Origin: a virus
Strand: one strand, 5' to 3'
Virus record (IMG/VR): IMGVR_UViG_3300045988_000918
Location: 1 to 5,617 of that record
DNA length: 5,617 bases
Below are positions 4,929 to 5,617 of this stretch, one piece after another. The notes beneath the pieces were generated by a model. The model was not told the origin of the DNA. It did not search any database and saw only the letters and a program-made list of their open reading frames with translations. Position numbers and translations under genes: made by a program. The stretch's first letter is position 1, and every line of letters begins with the position of its first letter.

Positions 4929-5044
4929 GTTGAAAAAGCAAATAAAGGCAGTCCGGCGAGCGAAACCGAAAAGTTGCGTCATGCTCTTCGCACGGCGCAC
5001 CGCGCCTACCGCATGACCTAAAATAAAAAGTTTCAAAAAACCTC

Positions 5045-5073
5045 TTGACAAATCGAAATATCTGTGGTCTAAT
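5045..5073 (+). promoter_or_regulatory. Sigma70-type promoter with extended -10
   Basis: The -35 is TTGACA (5045-5050). After a 17-nt spacer the -10 is TCTAAT (5068-5073), preceded by TGg (5065-5067) to give TGnTCTAAT. An A-tract-rich UP-like region lies at 5019-5040. The first downstream gene starts at 5098. Confidence 0.65.
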
Positions 5074-5097
5074 ACAGATAGAAAAGGGGGTATAGAG

Positions 5098-5277
5098 ATG
5101 AGTACCATCAATCGTCTGAGCGTCAAAGCCTTAAGAGAGCTAGAAGAAGTAGGTTCCTACGATACCGCAAAATACAGATACATCATTAACCGGAGAAATG
5201 GCGGATGCTACCGCATCAATAAAGAGCTGTTAGGCACAACGGAAGCACTGGACCCGGAAAATTGGGTAGAGCAATAA
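5098..5277 (+). CDS. Hypothetical 59-aa protein, first gene of the small-ORF cassette
   Basis: Translation is MSTINRLSVKALRELEEVGSYDTAKYRYIINRRNGGCYRINKELLGTTEALDPENWVEQ. AAGGGGG (5084-5090) lies 7 nt upstream of the ATG, just downstream of the promoter. It is one residue below the apparent ORF-track cutoff. I recognise no family. Confidence 0.6.
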   Translation: MSTINRLSVKALRELEEVGSYDTAKYRYIINRRNGGCYRINKELLGTTEALDPENWVEQ

Positions 5278-5288
5278 CAAGGTTAAAC

Positions 5289-5307
5289 AGCACAAAAGTG
5301 CTTTTTT
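5289..5307 (+). terminator. Weak hairpin plus T6 (possible leaky terminator after the 59-aa ORF)
   Basis: agcac (5289-5293) pairs with gtgct (5298-5302) around an aaaa loop, followed by ttttt. The stem is only 5 bp. Confidence 0.3.
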
Positions 5308-5350
5308 ACAAAACCATTTATACAAAATAATTTTTTAGGAGGTGTTTACT

Positions 5351-5455
5351 CTGACTCTCAAGGAGATTAACGCGCTGTTTAACAACATCCGCAAAATCTT
5401 AGCCATGTTGGATAAGATTTACCACGCAGTAGAGGGCAACAAGCCCGAGGAGTAA
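5351..5455 (+). CDS. Possible 34-aa ORF with a non-canonical (CTG) start; alternatively GTG at 5342
   Basis: A perfect AGGAGG (5337-5342) precedes the only open frame here, which runs from the stop at 5336 to TAA at 5453-5455. Translation is LTLKEINALFNNIRKILAMLDKIYHAVEGNKPEE. No ATG, GTG or TTG sits at a normal spacing; CTG is 8 nt from the SD. The stop lies 4 nt before the next gene's ATG. Confidence 0.35.
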   Translation: MTLKEINALFNNIRKILAMLDKIYHAVEGNKPEE

Positions 5456-5459
5456 CCAA

Positions 5460-5617
5460 ATGAAAACATGGAACGTAAGAGACCAGACCGATACGACGCT
5501 AGCGGCGACACTCGCCAGAACTTACAAGGAGATCGAGGCGGCATACAAACACGTAAGAACAGCTGCCACGATAGAAGACGCAAAATTTTACATCGACATG
5601 GCATTCCGCAAAAAAAC
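5460..5617 (+). CDS. N-terminal part of the 73-aa junction-spanning hypothetical protein (continues at 2-163 after circularisation)
   Basis: The ATG is at 5460, with GAGGAG (5447-5452) 7 nt upstream. The frame stays open to the window end and continues in phase through the repeat to TAA at 161-163. Confidence 0.55.
   Translation, partial: MKTWNVRDQTDTTLAATLARTYKEIEAAYKHVRTAATIEDAKFYIDMAFRKK
5519..5617. repeat. Terminal redundancy, right copy (circular-genome assembly overlap)
   Basis: Identical to 1-99. The window ends inside the copy. Confidence 0.95.

Larger units (their letters stand above)
4761..4936. promoter_or_regulatory. Cluster of eleven co-oriented DnaA-box-like 9-mers (TGTGGATAA / TGTTGAAAN family)
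   Basis: On the + strand, relative to TGTGGATAA: 4761 (3 mismatches), 4769 (3), 4823 (2), 4835 (0), 4846 (3), 4854 (3), 4887 (3), 4899 (1), 4910 (3), 4919 (3), 4928 (2). All share one orientation. They are grouped in tandem pairs and triplets with 8-9-nt periodicity. Confidence 0.55.
1..5518 (+). other. One complete unit of a circular Microviridae (Gokushovirinae-like) ssDNA phage genome
   Basis: Bases 1-99 repeat exactly at 5519-5617, so the unit is 5,518 nt. It carries the full gokushovirus gene set (VP1, VP2, VP3, VP4, VP5, VP8-like), all on one strand, with compact overlapping junctions. Confidence 0.9.

Noticed and set aside
4761-4936. TGTTGAAA repeats as a CRISPR array or a tandem-repeat satellite.
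   Set aside because: The units are only 8-9 nt, irregularly clustered (2, 1, 2, 3) and have no spacer-repeat periodicity of CRISPR size. They behave as iterons or binding sites instead.
4948-5018. A tRNA or tmRNA-like gene in the GC-rich island.
   Set aside because: There is no GTTCRA T-loop motif and no cloverleaf-compatible arm arrangement. The length and pairing do not fit.
4788-5126. 112-aa minus-strand ORF covering the intergenic region.
   Set aside because: It runs antisense through the iteron cluster, so the repeats translate as FNTFNTFNRF. It also crosses the promoter and the start of the 59-aa ORF. No SD is present and it is on the wrong strand for this family.
5305-5331. A second promoter (TTTACA, 15 nt, AATAAT) ahead of the AGGAGG at 5337.
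   Set aside because: The spacer is only 15 nt and the -10 lies in generic A/T-rich sequence. It is too weak to call, though readthrough from the 5045 promoter may be supplemented by it.

Overview
The window is one complete circular ssDNA Microviridae genome with Gokushovirinae-type organisation. The unit length is 5,518 nt. It was linearised with a 99-nt terminal redundancy: 1-99 is identical to 5519-5617. All credible genes lie on the + strand in the order VP4 (Rep), long intergenic region, three small unknown ORFs, VP8-like basic protein, VP5, VP3 (scaffold), VP1 (major capsid), VP2 (pilot/minor capsid), then back to VP4. Four short genes fall below the ORF-track cutoff and were found by hand translation: a 39-aa J/VP8-like protein, a 59-aa ORF, a 34-37-aa ORF and a 73-aa ORF that spans the circular junction. 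The most unusual part is the ~500-nt VP4-distal intergenic region (4601-5097). From 5' to 3' it holds tandem hairpins and a terminator, then two ~20-nt perfectly alternating purine/pyrimidine tracts. Next come a 28/30 A+T tract, a (TAG)5 array, and a co-oriented cluster of DnaA-box-like 9-mers that includes one perfect TTATCCACA and one TTTTCCACA. This is the order of elements in a bacterial oriC unwinding module (DnaA boxes, DnaA-trios, AT-rich DUE), which I do not recall having been described for microviruses. It is followed by a GC-rich structured island and a good sigma70-type promoter that drives the small-ORF cassette. The canonical TTGACA/extended -10 promoter and the strong Shine-Dalgarno sites suggest a non-Bacteroidota host, but this is inference only. 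All homology statements rest on remembered family motifs, not on database searches.
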